A DNA stretch of 64,000 nt, from contig OX597815.1 in NCBI GenBank assembly GCA_951406725.2, forward strand, positions 60,264,001 through 60,328,000, written 5' to 3'. A program made the position numbers and the translations under genes. Source of the stretch: Octopus vulgaris (Eukaryota). This document shows positions 40,990-55,179 of the stretch, piece after piece; positions within the stretch are counted from its first letter, which is position 1; each line of letters starts with the position of its first letter. The notes under the pieces were generated by a model. That model saw only the letters and a program-made list of their open reading frames with translations, had not been told where the DNA came from and did no database searches.

Positions 40990-41718
40990 CTTTTCTACTA
41001 TAGGTACAAGGCCTGAAATTGGTGGTGGGAGGGCTTGTCGATCACATCGAGCTCAGTACGTAACTGGTATTTACTTTATAGATCCCCGAAAGGATGAAAC
41101 GCACAAGGCCTGAAATTTATGGATAGGGGACTAGTCGATTACATCGACCCCAGTATTTCAGTGGTACTTAATTTATAGAGCCCGAAAGCGTGAAAGGCAA
41201 AGTCGACTTCGGCGGAATTTGAACTCAGAACTTAAAAATGGAAGAAATGCCGCTAAGTATTTCGCCCGACCTGCTAACGATTCTGTCAGCTCACCGCCTT
41301 CATCATAATAATAATAATCCTTTCTACTATAGGCACAAGGCCTCAAATTTGTGGGTAGGGGACTAGTCGATTAGATCGATCCCAGTGTTTCACTGGTACT
41401 TAATTTATAGATCCCGAAAGGATGAGAGGCGAAGTCGACCTCGGCGGAATTTGAACTCAGAACGTAGCGACAAGCGAAATACCCATTTCTTTACTACCCA
41501 CAAGGGGCTAAACACAGAAAGGACAAACAAGGACAGACAAACGGATTAAGTCGATTATATCGAGCCCAGTGCGCAACTGGTACTTAATTTATCGACCCCG
41601 AAAGGATGAAAGGTAAAGTTGACCTCGGCGGAATTTGAACTCAGAGCGTAACGGCAGACGAAATACAGCTACGCATTTCGCCCGACGTGCTAACGTTTCT
41701 GCCAGCTCACCGCCTCAA
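40990..41718 (-). mobile_element. Cluster of about four tandem Meta-domain-like SINE copies
   Basis: Repeated ctggtacttaatttat.gaccccgaaaggatgaaaggcaaagtcgacctcggcggaatttgaactcag. Confidence 0.85.
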
Positions 41719-41765
41719 TCACAACAGTAGCAACAACATCAACAACAACAACAACAGCAAAGATA

Positions 41766-41823
<58 letters not shown>

Positions 41824-42102
41824 CGCCACAAGTATTGCGAAACGGCAGGTGTCTTCAACAGCTTGTGAGTTGGATTTGGTTGACGGAAACTGAAAGAAAA
41901 CCGTCGTACACACACATTGGTGTGTGTGCCCTCGTGTCTGAGTTTGCTCTCCACTTTCCCTCTACCGCTAGACAAACGGTGTTGGTGAGTTTACGTTCCT
42001 GTAACTCACCGATTCGGCTAAAGAGACCAATAGAATAAGCAACAGGCTTTAAAAGCGAAATAAGTGCTGGGGTTGATTCTTCAAGTAAAAATTCTTTAAG
42101 GC

Positions 42103-42120
42103 ATTGGCAAGAAAGTAATT

Positions 42121-42206
<86 letters not shown>

Positions 42207-43268
42207 GTGTGTGAGTGAAATATTATCATTATTGAAAAGAATTTTGCACACTTCGAAATAAATAGTAATTTGATGGTGCAAGTTCAGGGCTGTATAGCTG
42301 ATGTGACATCATTTCCCAACCAAGCCCCAAAAATTTTTCACGAGTTAGCAAAGATGTGTGTGGTTAGTGTTGTCATGGTGGACCATGATTCCTTCACGAT
42401 CTGCCATTTCTGGCCGTTTTTTTTTTTACTGCTTCCTTCAGTCCCATTAGTTGTTAACAGCAAACATTCAAATTGATCGTTTGTTTCCTTGGAAGCAGTT
42501 CAAAATACATAATACCTTTGTAATTAATCCCTGCAAATTGACAACATGAACTTTTTTGATGCAATCCAGCTTTCGATGTGGTTTGTGCTGGTTCATTACG
42601 CTTGGACCATGATCCATTTTTTATCACCAGTGATAATTCGTTTCAAAAATAGTTCGATTTCATTGCGTTTGAGATGCATATCGCTAATATTGATTCGTTG
42701 TGTTAAGTGAATCTCTTTCAATTTATGTGGAACCCAAATATCAAGCCACTTAATGAGTTCAAGGCATTTTAAGTGATTTTCAATTGCTGTGTGTGATACA
42801 TTTAACCTCTCTGCAATCCCTCGCTCAGTTTTATGACAACCAGGTTCAATTATGGTTTTGAGTCGGTTATCATCATCTTTAGTATGTCGACCAGAACGTT
42901 GGTCATCTTTGAGTGAAAAATCTCCAGAACGGAATTTTTAAAAGCACTTCTGATATGTGCGTTCCGTTGAGCTATCAACACCATAAACTTCACAATTCTC
43001 TTTGTGAGCCTCAGCAGTTTTCTTGCCTTCACGGAAACAAAAAGAGCAAAATATGGCGAAAATGTTCGTTTTTGTACTCCATGTTACAATTGACACTGAA
43101 TTAACAGCTGTAAACAAAATTACGCGCAATTTGCTTCTAAAGTAAGCTAAAAGTAATGGCTATCAAATGTCAATAGAAAAAAAATCATAACATTGACAAA
43201 AGTGATTTAAAAAAAAAACATGACTATCTATTTCCGAAAAATGAAATTACTTTCTTGCCAACCCAATA
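42103..43268 (-). mobile_element. Decayed mariner transposon
   Basis: TIR pair ttggcaagaaagtaattt (42104) / aaattactttcttgccaacccaata (43244-43268). N-terminal FR.GKKTAEAH..CEVYG and VHHDN motifs. Confidence 0.85.
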
Positions 43269-44360
43269 TATATATAGGTGAAATTTGTTGATTTTATTAA
43301 ATTATATTTCACCCTCTGTAATGTGTGTGTATATATATATAACATGTATACACATATATATGCATACTTATGCACGAATGTGCTTGCATATATATATATA
43401 TATATACAGACACACACATATATGTATGTATGTATATGTCTATGTATGCATGCATACATGCATACACGCACACTGTTTCGTATGCAGGCAATTTACACAA
43501 ACTGTGTTGTCTGTTCACCAGATAGATGATATTCGACCTTTCATAAATTGATTGCGGGACACAAAATCTAGTGACAAAAATATGTGTGCGTGCGTGCGTG
43601 TGTGTGTATGTGTGTGTGTGATATTTGCAATATTTAAAAAGTCAGTCGCTTGTGTCAGCGAATTGTTGTGCGGTAGGAAATTGGTGTCTCTCAAGTGTCT
43701 CTTCGTACAATAGAGTTGACGGCTTCACTGCTGAAGAGAGATTGACGTCAGAGTTAAGGATCAGGGGATGGGAAGGGTTGTGCACTATATATGGTTTTGG
43801 AAGAAGGAAGGGGTTAAAGAGAATACTGCAAGTGAGAGGGATGGTGAGTGTTACAGACAGACTGAATAAGATAGGGAGAAAGCGAGAGAGTGAAAGAGAT
43901 AGAGATAAGCAGAGAAAGTAAATAGGATACAGAGTAAATGAGAGAGAGAACGGAGGGAGAATGAGGTTGGACAGTCAAAAAGAGGCAGAAGATTTGACGA
44001 CCTAGCTTCTTAAAAGGCGACATAGATTTAGTTTGTTGGAACGCACCTCGATCACGAGATAGCCGTAAAGAAAGAAAGAAGGATAGACAGAAAGAAAGAA
44101 AGAAAACAATATAGACAGATAGGTAGATAGGTAGGTAGGTAGGTAGGTAGGTAGGTAGGTAGGTAGGTGGATGGATGGATGGATTAGAGGGGGATGGATG
44201 GCTATCTAGATGTAGCGGGAACTGAATGTGAGAAAGAAGTAAAAGATATTCAGAGTCAACTCTGGAGAAAGAGAATGGGATAATGAGGAAAAACGGCTTG
44301 AAAGAGAGGAGAAACAGTCAAACAAACAACTAGGCAGACATACTAGAAGGTTATCTATCC

Positions 44361-44444
<84 letters not shown>

Positions 44445-44589
44445 GTCTGTCTGTCTGTCTCTCTCTCTATATATATACACATACATACACACACATATAT
44501 GAATGCATATATGTCTAAAGTTTATCTTTCTGTCATTTTACCTTTTATGTATCTACTTACGTTGCTATTAAACTAATTGTCTTTCTATA

Positions 44590-44660
<71 letters not shown>

Positions 44661-44829
44661 CTATATATATAGATATATATATATATTAATCTCAAGATTA
44701 ATCAGCCGAAATTGCGAAGATGATCCGGTTCTTGACTGAAGATTGAAGGCTTCGAATGTCCCGTTCGTGTTTTTTGTATCGTCTTCTAAATGTTTCACGT
44801 TCTTGTCCCAGTTTGTATTTTTTTACTTT

Positions 44830-44870
<41 letters not shown>

Positions 44871-44871
44871 C

Positions 44872-45113
44872 AAGACAACACGTGACCGACCAGACCATCA
44901 GATGTTGTTACACATCGCTGGTCGCAATGTGTTTTAGTCTTTGAATGACGCCACCCCGCTGGCTAAGCGAGCAGGCCAACAGAAGAAAGAGTGGTGAAAG
45001 AGTACAGCAGGGACCCCCCTGCCGGAGCGTCGTGGAGCTTTTTAGGTGTTTTCGCTCAATAAACACTCACAACACCACGAGTCCGCTGCCCTAACCATTG
45101 GGCCATTGCGTCT

Positions 45114-45115
<2 letters not shown>
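44872..45115 (-). mobile_element. Deleted SINE copy of the 6612-6999 family
   Basis: Shared ggagctttttaggtgttttcgctcaataaacactcac and tRNA head. Confidence 0.8.
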
Positions 45116-45157
<42 letters not shown>

Positions 45158-45161
<4 letters not shown>

Positions 45162-45426
45162 GAATGGTCTGGTATTTATGGCTATCATACCAAGAGTAAA
45201 TGAACATTGGAGAGAACTTAAGGAAGGAAAGAGCTCATCGATTCTGTACCAACACACCGAGCAGGAACACAGGGGATCAATCAACAACATAGAGGTTAAA
45301 ATCTTGTCCACACATAGAACAGATGCAACAATCAGACAAATTACGGAAGCTACACACATGATAGAAGATAAACCTAGCCTGAATAGGAAACTGGAATGGA
45401 ACACTAGCACACGCCACAACATATGA
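45158..45426 (+). mobile_element. GIY-YIG endonuclease C-terminal fragment (Penelope-like)
   Basis: R..EH....S.LYQH..EH..VKIL..RQITEA..I...PSLN pattern. Confidence 0.65.
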
Positions 45427-45593
45427 CAGAAGAGGATCCCCATAAACTGGTTACTATATAAACAAAACTGAAAACATAATAAATAAAATACACAGATAAA
45501 TAAAAATATAGAAATAAATAATTATATAGGTTTTTTTAATTTAAAAGATTTAAAAAGAATTTAATTTTTTTTTAAATTAAATTTTTTTTAATG

Positions 45594-45666
<73 letters not shown>

Positions 45667-45949
45667 GTTATAACTAGTATTGTTGTTATACATACATACA
45701 TACAAGCATACGTAATAATAATAATAATAATGATAATAATAATAATAAGTGGATGTAAACATGAACAAAATAAAAAAAGAAGAAAAAACAAATTACACGA
45801 ACGTATATAAACAGAAGATACAAATATTACAGGCATTCCCCCCCCCCACACACACACTAACTAAACATAGATGCACATAGAGATATACGCATTCGCAAAT
45901 GAAGACACATACAATAGAAATACAAAATGGCTGACGGTTAGTAAGGAGA

Positions 45950-46138
45950 GACACACAAATACGAAAGAAGAAAACAAAGGACCACTGATGCGGTCACAGG
46001 AGTGTGACGAGAGAACTCTGGCCGAAATAAGATTAAGATTAACGTGAAAAAATAAATAACACTGAAGCAAAGTAACACCAAATATATAGTGCGTGTGTTT
46101 TTATTGGTTTAACTGGCAAAATGACCATTCCGAAATAA

Positions 46139-46145
<7 letters not shown>
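45950..46145 (+). repeat. Diverged solo copy of the element D arm
   Basis: ctgatgcggtcacaggagtgtgacgaga and gcgtgtgttt..ggcaaaatgacc.ttccgaaata. Confidence 0.75.
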
Positions 46146-46174
<29 letters not shown>

Positions 46175-46278
46175 AAAGACAATTAGCTTAATAGCAACGT
46201 AAGTAGATACATAGATGGTAAGGTGGCAGAAAGATAAACTTTAGATAGATGATATGCATTCATATATGTGTGTGTATG

Positions 46279-46341
<63 letters not shown>

Positions 46342-46563
46342 CTGTGTGTGTATGTAATGCACAGAGGCATATTGGTTAGGTGAATATAAAAATAGGTATA
46401 TATCAGGTAGATAGATAGATGCCTAACAGTTTAGTAGAAATAGATAGGGGGAGAAACAGGGAGATACAGAGAGAGAAGGAATGAAAAGAAAGGTATATAA
46501 AGAGACATAAATATATAATAATAGAAGCACAGTTAGAAAGTCGTATGTGTGTGTATTTGTGTA

Positions 46564-46621
<58 letters not shown>

Positions 46622-47164
46622 AAAGGGAGAGAAATTGTGAAATTGTGAGAAATGTACTATTGAAGAAATTTCAAACATGGTGTTTGTTGGCAATGAAATA
46701 TGGCGGTCTTAGTTTTGATGTTGACTCAGAGCCAACATGGAGTCGACAAAAGAACCCGCCAAAATGTGATAAGAGGTTCTGAAGAGACCCACGGCATTTA
46801 TATGAGTGGAATGCTTTGAAGAAGCTCCTTAAGGAACGTAGCATACAGTATTGCGGTAGCTGTCATATTGAAGTGTAGATTGGCTGACGGTCAAGGGGGA
46901 GTAGAGAAAGGAAGAGGAGAACACAGAAGAGAGGGATGTGTAAGTACATGAATATGTGTGTGTATATGTGTATACATACACACGTAAACTTACACACATC
47001 GGATAACGATGCTGAGAAGTACTCAATACAAACGCAGAATGCAGTAGTTTATTTAAGCTGGTTCAGTGGCCTGATATTCTGGAGTTTCCACGGTGTGCTA
47101 GCGCTTTTTGTGGACAAGTCAGTCTTGTGTATCTGTGCGTGTGCGTGCGTGCGTGCGTGCGTGC

Positions 47165-47235
<71 letters not shown>

Positions 47236-47509
47236 CGCGTGTGTATTTAAAAGGACAGATAGGCAGAAACGAACTCAAATATTTTGAATGAAACATAGCT
47301 AGAGAAAGAGAGAAACAAACGGAGACTGTCATAGTTTGGGGGGAAAATGTTTGGCTGAATGACAGAAAGGAAGAATACAAATAAAGTGAAGAAACAAGAA
47401 TATGAATGAGAAAGAGGGATTTAGCGAACATTTAATTAGTAAGAGAGAGATTAGGGGAAGAAAGCAGAGATGTAAAGACTGGGACGTGAGAAAGATTTGA
47501 TTAAATATG

Positions 47510-47700
47510 GGTTTCAAATTTTGACACTAGACCAGCAGTTTAGGAAGATGGGTAAGTCGATTACATTGACCTCTACTCCCTGTTCAAAAGGTATTTATTT
47601 TATCGATTCCGAAAGGATGAAAGGCAAAGTCGTCATCGGTGGAATTTGAAGTCAGAACGTAAAGACGGACAAAATTCCGCTAAGCATTTCTCCCGGCGCG
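47510..47700 (-). mobile_element. Meta-domain-like SINE
   Basis: gaaaggatgaaaggcaaagtcg..ggaatttgaa. Confidence 0.75.
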
Positions 47701-47982
47701 AGAGAGAATACTTGAAATGAGGGGTAGACAACCAACAACTGATGAAGGCTTGTTGTTTGCGTATTTGTGTGTTTGTTTACGTACTTTTTGTAGTTCACAG
47801 TTGGTGACTCCTGTACCCATATATGCATATATATATGTGTGTGTGTGTGTATTATTTATATTATTATTTAATTGAAAGGGACGCATCCATTTCGAAATAA
47901 GTTTATCTTAACCTTTTTCCATGCGACTTTACATTGTTTTCCTCCCCATCCTTCTCTAATTTCCTTTTTCTCCCCTTCACTG

Positions 47983-48013
<31 letters not shown>

Positions 48014-48457
48014 GTTGCTCACACGTCACTATCGTCCATCATTCTTTTTCTCACGTGACCATCTTTCTTTTCCTGCTCGACGTTCCAAGGACTGGACGTC
48101 TTCTATTTGTCTCTTACATCTTTTCTCTTTTCAAAGAAAATATTTCCCCTTGCGTTCATTATTTCCCCTCGTTCTGGTCTAACGACCCTCCATGTTTGTT
48201 TTCGTTCGGTTTCCTTGTATGTCTCCACTGTCCTGTTTTTGTTCCCAACTTTGACTATTTTGGAATTTATGGGAGTAACTGTCTTCGAAGACTCATATTG
48301 TTGTTGAATGGCCGAAATGAGGAGTAGATACACAGCCGACAACTGATGAAGGGTCGTTCTTTGTGTCATTTGTCCGGTTTTCCATTTTTTTCTCTCGTTG
48401 TTTGCGTATCTAACTCGTTTGTTTTCGTACTTCATGCTGTTTACAGTTGGTGACGTC

Positions 48458-48546
<89 letters not shown>

Positions 48547-48596
48547 CAGACAGACAGAGGCAGAGACAGACAGACTGACAAACAGAGACAGAGAGA

Positions 48597-48942
48597 AAGA
48601 GATAAGATGAAAAACACAGAAGATTTGTTTTACAGGATTTAAGAGTATATTAAAGCCATGATAATAAAGAAATTATACAATTTTGTACAAAATAAGGTTT
48701 TGTTCTTTCAACATAATTGAAGTAAGGACCGATTTCTCATTGCTCATCAAACTGAGTTGAAAGAGAAAAAAATTGCCAGGGATAACAATTTTGTTGAGCA
48801 ATGCGAAACCGGTCCTTACTTCAATTATGTTGAAAGAACAAAACCTTATTTTGTACAAAATTGTATAATTTCTTTATTGCCATGGCTCTAATATACTCTT
48901 AAATCCTGTAAAACAACTCTGTGTTTTTTCATCTTATCTTTA
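48597..48942. repeat. Fold-back element E: ~155-bp inverted arms and ~38-bp spacer, with hammerhead cores at the inner ends
   Basis: Highly similar arms. TTGTTGA-GC-aat-GC-GAAACCGGTC at 48791-48814 (+) and TTGATGA-GCaatGA-GAAATCGGTC (-). Confidence 0.93.
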
Positions 48943-49277
48943 TTTCTATTTATATCCACCTCGTATGTTTCCCCACTAAAATATTTTCTACCTTACACAC
49001 GCGCGCGCATACCCATATATTATTACATACATACATACATACACACATATAGTATCTACAGTAAAGACTTTCTCTGACGAGGAAAACATACTTTGCATAA
49101 ATAGCTTACTGATTCGATCCAGTTCAATTAATTTTTGATAATTTTTTCTTTAATCAGCGTGTTTCTGAAACTAATTGTAGAGTAAATATATTAGTACAAT
49201 GGCCTAGAAACGATACCGCTTGTGTAATTGGATACTCTTGATGTATGTGAACAGATGCTTATACAATAGATTTGTAA

Positions 49278-49333
<56 letters not shown>

Positions 49334-49407
49334 CTGGTTTCGGTCTTATTTTAGACATTCATCAGGAAATATATAGAAATACATGTACGCAATGTAGGCT
49401 AAAACTT

Positions 49408-49498
<91 letters not shown>

Positions 49499-49624
49499 AA
49501 TATATTTCTTGTAGTAAAAGTGTAACGCAGCCATATTGAAGAAGAAAGTTAATAATAAATTAGCAATATAGTAATATAGAGAAAAAAGAGGATGACAGAG
49601 AATTGACAGGCAGACAGACAGACA

Positions 49625-51166
49625 AATAGATAGGTATGTTTCTTTATTAGCCACACAGAGCTGCACACAGACAGGACAGATTACAAAGTAGAGCTTTTCT
49701 TTTGGGGGGAGAAAAAAAAAAGAAAAAAAAGGTGGGTTAGGTTTTCGATCAAAAGGGATTGTAAAAGGGGAGGAGGAAAAACAGGGGGGAAGAAAACAAT
49801 CAATAGGGATCATGTATCATAGTGTCATGGTGTAAAGTGTGAAGGGGGAAGCAGATAAGGTTTATCCATGGGAAGAAAAGCCTACGGAAAAGACCACGGT
49901 AACCTCGTTTCAATGTTACATGTTACCACATTTGTTTGCAAGTAGGTAACCCTCTGTTTTAAAATTTCCGGGTTCATAGGATTATGCTCAAGGTGGCTCC
50001 GTCATTCATACGTGCCATCCTTGCTACATTCACCCATCTTTTTTGAAACATTTGCTAGACAAAACTTGTCTCTCTACTCTCACTTTCCTTTTCATGTGAT
50101 ACTTGAAAAAGTTGATGAGAGATTGACCAGAGAGGAAAGTGTTTGTCTCCAATCCTTTCAGACGCGTCCACCAGATATATTCTTTCGCCATAGCCACAAG
50201 GATGATGAAAATAGCTCTTCCTTCCCGTTTGAAGGAAGGAGGTGTGACAATATAGACGATAGACTCGGCTGATAAACCGACTCATCCCACATGTGACAGC
50301 AGTTGTTCGACATAATCCCACAGGTCGGAAATTGTTGGACACTGCACGAGTGCGTGCAGAACGGTTTCGTCGCTCTGACCGCATCTTTGGCAGGTCGGCC
50401 CCGTGTTTCTCGAGCCGTATCTGTAGAGCTTATCCTGAACAGGTAGCGCTTCTCGGTAGCACTGCCAAGCCAGGGATCTCTGGAAGTTGTCCATGGGCCC
50501 TGACCCGAAAGTCGTCCTGAACAGCGGGTCAGGTATTCCTCATCGACGTCCAGGTTCGCCCCGAGCTCGGCGTCGTACCTTCCCTCCACTAATCCCCTAT
50601 AGAATGTTTTGGTTGTGTTGAAGTCACTCAAGGTCGACCCGGGACAGCATAGTTGCTTGAGAGCAACGCGACACTCGTGGTGCCATTCGCCCTTCCTCGG
50701 CCTCCTTTTGATCCTCGACTGCAGTTCGGTCATGGAGACGAGTTGCGGGAAAGCGTGCCTCACAAACGGTGACCACACCTGTTTACCGTCGTCTACGTAG
50801 AGCCTGAGATGTCGCAGTCTCAGCGCGTGTCTGCGCATCATCAACCACGGCATGCCCAGTCCTCCTTTTAACGAGTGTTGACAGCAAATGGATCGCCTGA
50901 CCATCGGGACACATCCTTTTCACAGGAAGCGAAAGAGAATGCGTTCTAGTTTGGTCGGGTCAAGGCACGACGGTCAGGCGGTAGTAGATGACGGACGCGA
51001 TGTACGAGTTCGCCACTCCCGCTCGACCTTTTAGGGACAGTTTCCTCTCGGCCCATTGCCGGGCGAGAGTGACCACCCAACTCGTTATCTCGTTCCAGTT
51101 CTTCTCCATTTAGAGGTCCGAACCAAACCAGACCCCGTGCAACTCGACCGGACCGTCGGTCCAGCG
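49625..51166 (-). mobile_element. Tx1/L1-clade LINE, 3' portion with frameshifts
   Basis: WxxRKLSLKGRA, GGLGMP and CQRCGQSDETVLHALVQCP zinc knuckle. GC-rich, with 3'UTR ending aataaagaaac. Confidence 0.88.
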
Positions 51167-51581
51167 TCCTCTGAACACTTGGCTATGATGCTCCCCCATT
51201 AGTTCTGCTCGTGACCAGAGATGCACATATCATCAGCTACCGAGGAACATGTTCAACTGGTTAAGGTCAAACAGCTGACAAATAAATCTGTGGTATTGAG
51301 CAGAATATTTGCTGTAGCCCATCTATTGTACATGATAACACTTCCAGCCAGTTAGGATCTGAAGTCATGGAGCCACTGTGTGGTACTGCATCACAGCATT
51401 ATCATTATTGTTACTAGGTTACTAACTTACTATGAAGAGTTAAGTAATAATAATAATGATAATAATGGCAGAGGATTTCGCTAGTCTCCGAATCCACCAC
51501 TCTCTGCGGTCTGTGCTCATACCACGTCTTTCCTCTCTCTAGTCTCCACTTTCCGCTAATGTATTCACGACGAAATTTAAG
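51167..51581 (-). repeat. Near-identical inverted duplication of 39638-40051
   Basis: Read base by base; I saw only one mismatch in ~415 bp. Confidence 0.92.
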
Positions 51582-52990
51582 ACACAGTTACTGAAGACAT
51601 TCAAATCCCTACATGGTCATGAACCAATATTCTGGTTACAGTTCATTGATGGCATCTTTTTTTGTCTGGGAAGGTTCACAGGATAGTTTAATTGATTTCT
51701 TGCATTTCTATGACTGTTATGGTAAAAACTATTGCTTTAAGTCTAGCACAAAATTTACGTCTAGCTTTTCAAAAAACAGCATTCAATTCTTGGACACTAA
51801 AGTTAAGTTTTCTAGAAGTAGAATAATGACAGAGTTATTTTGCAAGCCCACGTCATCCCACATTTACCTCCATTGCCGCTCCGATCATCCACATCATATA
51901 ATTCGGTCAAATCTGAAATCTCAATCTTTGAGGATAAAACGGATTTGTACTGACATAGGAGATTACTAAAAACATGCAAATACTTTTGTACACCATTATA
52001 TCAAACGGAGTTACAGTGAATCACGATTAAAGTAAATAGCAAAGGAAGTCAAACCTTCATGCATAATTTTAGCAATAGGTAACAGAATTCCTTTAGTTAT
52101 TAACTGGCACCAAAATTTCGCTGGCATTTCAAAAATGTTGCATGAAAGTTAACAGCACGTTGCGAAAAAATATCTTTGTTTCAAACAAATGTTTCCTCAG
52201 TCGCCTATTGTAGTTTTAGACGTAATAAGAATATTAGAGAACTATTGACTTCTATTTCTGACTCCAAGGAAACTAATATTGGAGTATCTGCAGGCTGGGC
52301 CTTGAAAAACAGCCGCAAGAGAAGCAAACCCAGGTCATTGTGCAACATGAGTCAAGTGAATTCCATCAGGAATCATAACAGAAATGTTATGATTTATACA
52401 GAAGGTGGGACATGTAGATATTCCCATGTGGCGTACGCGGTAGATTGCACAAAACACAACTTGATTTATGTTGGTTGTACAACAAAACAATTAAACAAAA
52501 GATTTAGTGGGCACAGATATGAGGTCAGGCAAAATAACAGTAGTTCGACAGAGCTTGCCGAACATTTTGCTTCAAACGGCTGCAATTTTGAAAAAGAATT
52601 GGAAGTGCATATGATCAGAAAATATTCTGAATCCGCTACACTTTCAATACTCAAAATGCGGGTTATTAACATCACGTCCTAGAGGAATGAATAAAATGAC
52701 AGGAGAATTTCATTAGATTTATACAAAACTGTTTTTTTTCCTTTTCTTTTTTCTTTGCCTTTTTTCTCTTGTCTTTCTGTCTTTTTTCTTTTCACCAGTT
52801 AAAAAATTGAAACTGCAAAACTGGCGATGTCATTTCCTCAACGTATGGAGGCTGGTTGCTATCGTTCATATCTTAGATTTGAATTTCTATAATTTTGCAT
52901 TGTTATCACTTTTTATTTTGAACTCGACAAAGACAGTCGTGCTGTCGAAATATCGTTCAACCTGTAAAATATCTATTGCAATCGCATCGC
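51582..52990 (+). mobile_element. Penelope-like element (Neptune-like): disrupted RT plus GIY-YIG, with 3' pLTR remnant
   Basis: IQFLDTKV, LFCKPT..YLH..SDHP, SQSLRIKRIC, VAYAVDC..YVGCTTKQLNKRFSGHR, LAEHF. Confidence 0.9.
52918..52959 (+). ncRNA. Decayed hammerhead at the 3' end of the PLE
   Basis: tgaac-(tcgacaaa)-GACAG-tcgtg-CTGTC-GAAA-TA-TC-gttca. Stems I, II and III are intact but the CUGA core is mutated. Confidence 0.6.
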
Positions 52991-53044
52991 GCTCTTCGTC
53001 TTGTCTGTTTACTTTTGGGAAGAGTTACGTCAATCCTTTTAGAA

Positions 53045-53089
<45 letters not shown>

Positions 53090-53109
53090 GATTATTATTA
53101 TTATCATCA

Positions 53110-55040
53110 TCATTTCTCTTTATCACAGGTTTTATTGGAGCTCCTGGTGTCTTGCATGCGTAGCAGGGTTGCTACCTGCAGCCTACGGTACCATGCTACC
53201 TGTTCTTTTCAGCTATCTAATACTTCCTAATTATTCTGGCCATGTCAAAGAACCGAACCTTTTGTAGCAGTTCTACTGGGCCCTCTATTCCAATTACCTT
53301 TGATAATAGTTGGCACTATTTTCACCTTCATTTTCCATACCAGGCTATTTCGTACGTAAGAGGATTGTATTTATCTATCTTTTCGCCTTCCTTCTTCCCT
53401 ATTCGTGGGTCACTGGGGCATGCAACACCTACTATATAGCATATGTGGTGCACCTTGTCCATCACCACTAGGTCCGGTCTGCTATGCTCTAGCACCTGAT
53501 CTGTTTGGATTGGGAAATCCCAGAGGATGTTGCTAGTCTTCGACTAAGCCACTCTCTGCGGTTTATGCTCATACCACGTCTTGCCTCTCTCTAGTCCCCA
53601 CTTTTAGCGCAGTTTCCAATATAGCACTTTCACTACCCGGTCGTGTCGGCACAACTTGCAGTGGTTTTGGGCAAGTCTAGGACAGTCTGTCTGTGTCACT
53701 TTTTGGGTGGAGTGTCCAATATCAAGTTAGCAACTTCTTTGTCTTTCTGTCTAAGCTTTTTATTTCGTCCACTGTCCATGCGATTACCTCAGCTCCATAT
53801 CTAAGGAGTGAAACCGCCCAGGAGTTGATAGCTTCTATCTTATTCCGTCCGTTTAATTTCGACTTAAGGATCAGTCTCAGTCTGTGCAAGTACTCCACCT
53901 TAAATTTTTCTGCAGTTTATCCATTTCCCAAATCCCCAAGTACTTATAGCCTGTGCTCTATCTGCTTCATAACCTCCCCCGATGGTGTCGTTAGTCTGTC
54001 CATACGTTTGATATTGCCTCTCTTCAAGACTAACACACCACACTTTTTCAGTTCGAACTCCATTCTGATATCAGCACTGAAAGTATACACCGTATCAACG
54101 AGGGAGCTGACTTGGGATTCATCTTTACCATAAAGTTTGAAGTCATTCTGAATAACACATAGTTGACTTTTTGTTGGCGGCTTTTGAGTACATACCCAGC
54201 TTTTGCTTTCCTCAGAATCAGTGTTAGTGGTGTCAAGCACAATAAAAAGATCAGTGGGGACAGGCAGTCCCTTGGAAGATGCGTCTCCTGATTTCTACTG
54301 TCCCTAAACTTCTTCCGTATGCTGTCAAGTCCGTCCTCCAATTCGCCATACTTTTTCCAAGCAATAGCTCAACATTCGATGCAATACCATATAGAATCGT
54401 ACATTCCATTATCCAAGAGTGTGGGATAATATCGTACGCCTTACGATAGTCGATCCATGACATGGCTAAGTTACTTTTCCTCCTCTTGCAGTCTCTAAGT
54501 ACAGTTTTGTCTATCAGCAGTTGATCTTTCGTACCTCCGTACTTATGCTTGCAACCTTTCTGCTCATGTGGCAGGACTCCATTTTTTTCCAGGTGTTCGT
54601 ACATTGACTCTGCGAGTATTCCAGTCAATAACTTCCACATAAGGAGCAAACAGGATATCGGCCTGTAATTGTCTACTGTATGGCCTTTTCCGATGTTTTT
54701 CAGGCGCAGCACTGTCCTACCCAATGTCAACCACTCTGGTGTTACTTGGTCGGCATTTAAAAAAGTGTTGAGTTGCGCAGCTATTCGTGCATGACATTCA
54801 CCAAATCTTTTGATCCAGTAGCCTTGAACTCCATCTGGTCCCGGGGCCTTCCAGTTGCTATTTTTTAAAACTGATTTCCTTCACTTCCCTAACTGAAATG
54901 ACTAGTTCTACCTGTTTGGGGCAGACTACTGTTTGCTTCAGTTCTTGCAACCATTCAGCATCCTTCTTGTGCTCCTTGTCCTAACTCCAGATGTCACTTC
55001 AAAACCTTTGACTTTCATTGTTATCTGGTATCAACTTTTC
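53110..55040 (-). mobile_element. R4/Dong-like LINE with RT and RLE, frameshifted
   Basis: [35 protein letters not shown] and VACP motifs, flanked by (TTA)n. Confidence 0.92.
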
Positions 55041-55044
55041 ATCT

Positions 55045-55171
<127 letters not shown>

Positions 55172-55179
55172 TATACACA

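Noticed and set aside
52790-52830. SECIS-like hairpin tcaccagtt/aactggcga after the PLE
   Set aside because: It lacks the AUGA quartet, and I saw no Cys-position TGA in this element
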